64,000 nucleotides of DNA, taken from NCBI GenBank assembly GCA_963816145.1, contig CAWFJP010000011.1, positions 256,001-320,000 on the forward strand. Reading direction: 5' to 3'. A model generated the notes under the pieces. It was not told where the DNA came from. It saw only the letters and a program-made list of their open reading frames with translations, and ran no database searches. This document shows, one piece after another, positions 63,060 to 64,000 of this stretch. Both the position numbers and the translations under genes were made by a program. The stretch comes from an uncultured delta proteobacterium. GTDB lineage: Bacteria > Desulfobacterota > Binatia > UBA9968. Within the stretch, counting starts at the first letter, position 1. Every line of letters begins with the position of its first letter.

Positions 63060-63071
63060 GACAACTTAACC

Positions 63072-64000
63072 CTAACCCGAAGCGGCGAAAAACTCGGCGA
63101 TTCGCTGCGGCAGCCAACTGAGCGATCCCGGAAATGCTCCTCGAACGAAACCGACATGACCGCCAGAATTTGGGAACTCCAAAGTCACGGAATCGGAAAC
63201 TTCTTCCCGTGTCGGGAGCGCGCCGGCTGGCAGGAACGGATCGTTTTGCGCGTTGAGTAGCAGTGTCGGCACACGAATATGCTTTAGCAACGGTTTGCTG
63301 CTCGCGCGTGTCCAGTAATCGTCGGCGTCTTTGAAGCCATGGATCGGCGCGGTGTAAAGGTCGTCGATCTGACGAAACGTCGAACAGCTACGCACGGCAG
63401 CGCTGTCGATATTCAGCCCATGTGTTGAAATCTTGGCCAGCACTTTTTCCCGTAGCGAGCGCAGGAAACGGTTCGTGTAAATCGCTCTCCGGTAGCCGAA
63501 GTCCAACACCGCCGCGGCAGCGTGCAAATCCACCGGCGCCGACACCGCCATCGCTCGGTTCACCACCGGTACCGCCGCGGCGCCCTGCTCGCCGAGCCAT
63601 TTAAGCAGCATGTTGCCGCCCAACGATGCGCCGGCGACATTGATTTCGCAGTCGGGATTGTCACTCTTTAGCCGGCGCAGGATCCAGTCGATCTCGGCGG
63701 CATCACCGGAATGATAGGCGCGCGCCAGCCGATTAATCTCGCCGCTGCAACCGCGAAAGTGCGGTACCACGCCGCGCCAACCGATTTGCTGCGCCACTGT
63801 CATCAAGCTCAGCGCATAGTGACTACGCGAGCAACCTTCGAGGCCGTGAAACATCACAAGCAGCTTCGCCGCGCCTCCCTGGCGATTCACCCAGTCGAGA
63901 TCGATGAAATCGCCGTCGGGCGTCTCCCAGCGCTGGCGCTCATACCCCACCTTGTAGTTCCGCGCCAGTGAGCGCGCATAAATTGTCTGCAAATTGCCGC
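63072..64000 (-). CDS. YheT-family alpha/beta hydrolase; 5' end lies outside the window
   Basis: GNLQT, PDGDFIDLDW, HGLEG, FRGCSG, YHSG, GASLGG, DPF, GGHVGF. Confidence 0.9.
   Translation of the reverse strand, partial: GNLQTIYARSLARNYKVGYERQRWETPDGDFIDLDWVNRQGGAAKLLVMFHGLEGCSRSHYALSLMTVAQQIGWRGVVPHFRGCSGEINRLARAYHSGDAAEIDWILRRLKSDNPDCEINVAGASLGGNMLLKWLGEQGAAAVPVVNRAMAVSAPVDLHAAAAVLDFGYRRAIYTNRFLRSLREKVLAKISTHGLNIDSAAVRSCSTFRQIDDLYTAPIHGFKDADDYWTRASSKPLLKHIRVPTLLLNAQNDPFLPAGALPTREEVSDSVTLEFPNSGGHVGFVRGAFPGSLSWLPQRIAEFFAASG

Overview
GC-rich bacterial chromosome window. The gene content (many orphan substrate-binding proteins, amidohydrolases and TenA/ferritin-like oxidases, plus an LPS/rpoN block) suggests a Candidatus Binatia-like deltaproteobacterial MAG; this is inference only. 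Housekeeping blocks are pyrD, rlmE-galT, glmU-glmS, moaB-moaD-moaE, hemW and kdsB-pyrG-kdsA-kdsD-kdsC-lptC-lptA-lptB-rpoN-ptsN-rapZ-ptsH-metK-ahcY. The window also has tRNA-Gly(CCC) with a decayed island at its 3' end, an ECF sigma/zinc anti-sigma pair, molybdo-hydroxylase accessory genes and a decaying accessory patch at 12.2-17.1 kb. Single-base indels in the normally essential glmU/glmS point to assembly errors, so pseudogene calls need caution. The best candidate for an undescribed system is the four-gene operon at 39.1-42.8 kb. It encodes a cysteine-dioxygenase-like cupin, a divergent asparaginase-fold protein, a Co-type nitrile/thiocyanate hydrolase catalytic subunit with an internally repeated ~150-aa N-terminal extension, and a stand-alone SH3-like half beta subunit. 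Other leads: an unannotated 54-aa zinc-finger gene, a cysteine-less racemase, a PTPS-III-type folate-bypass enzyme, an antisense sigma54 site upstream of lptC-lptA-lptB-rpoN, a possible transposase-less IS110 end, and a hairpin repeat apparently recruited into a signal peptide.
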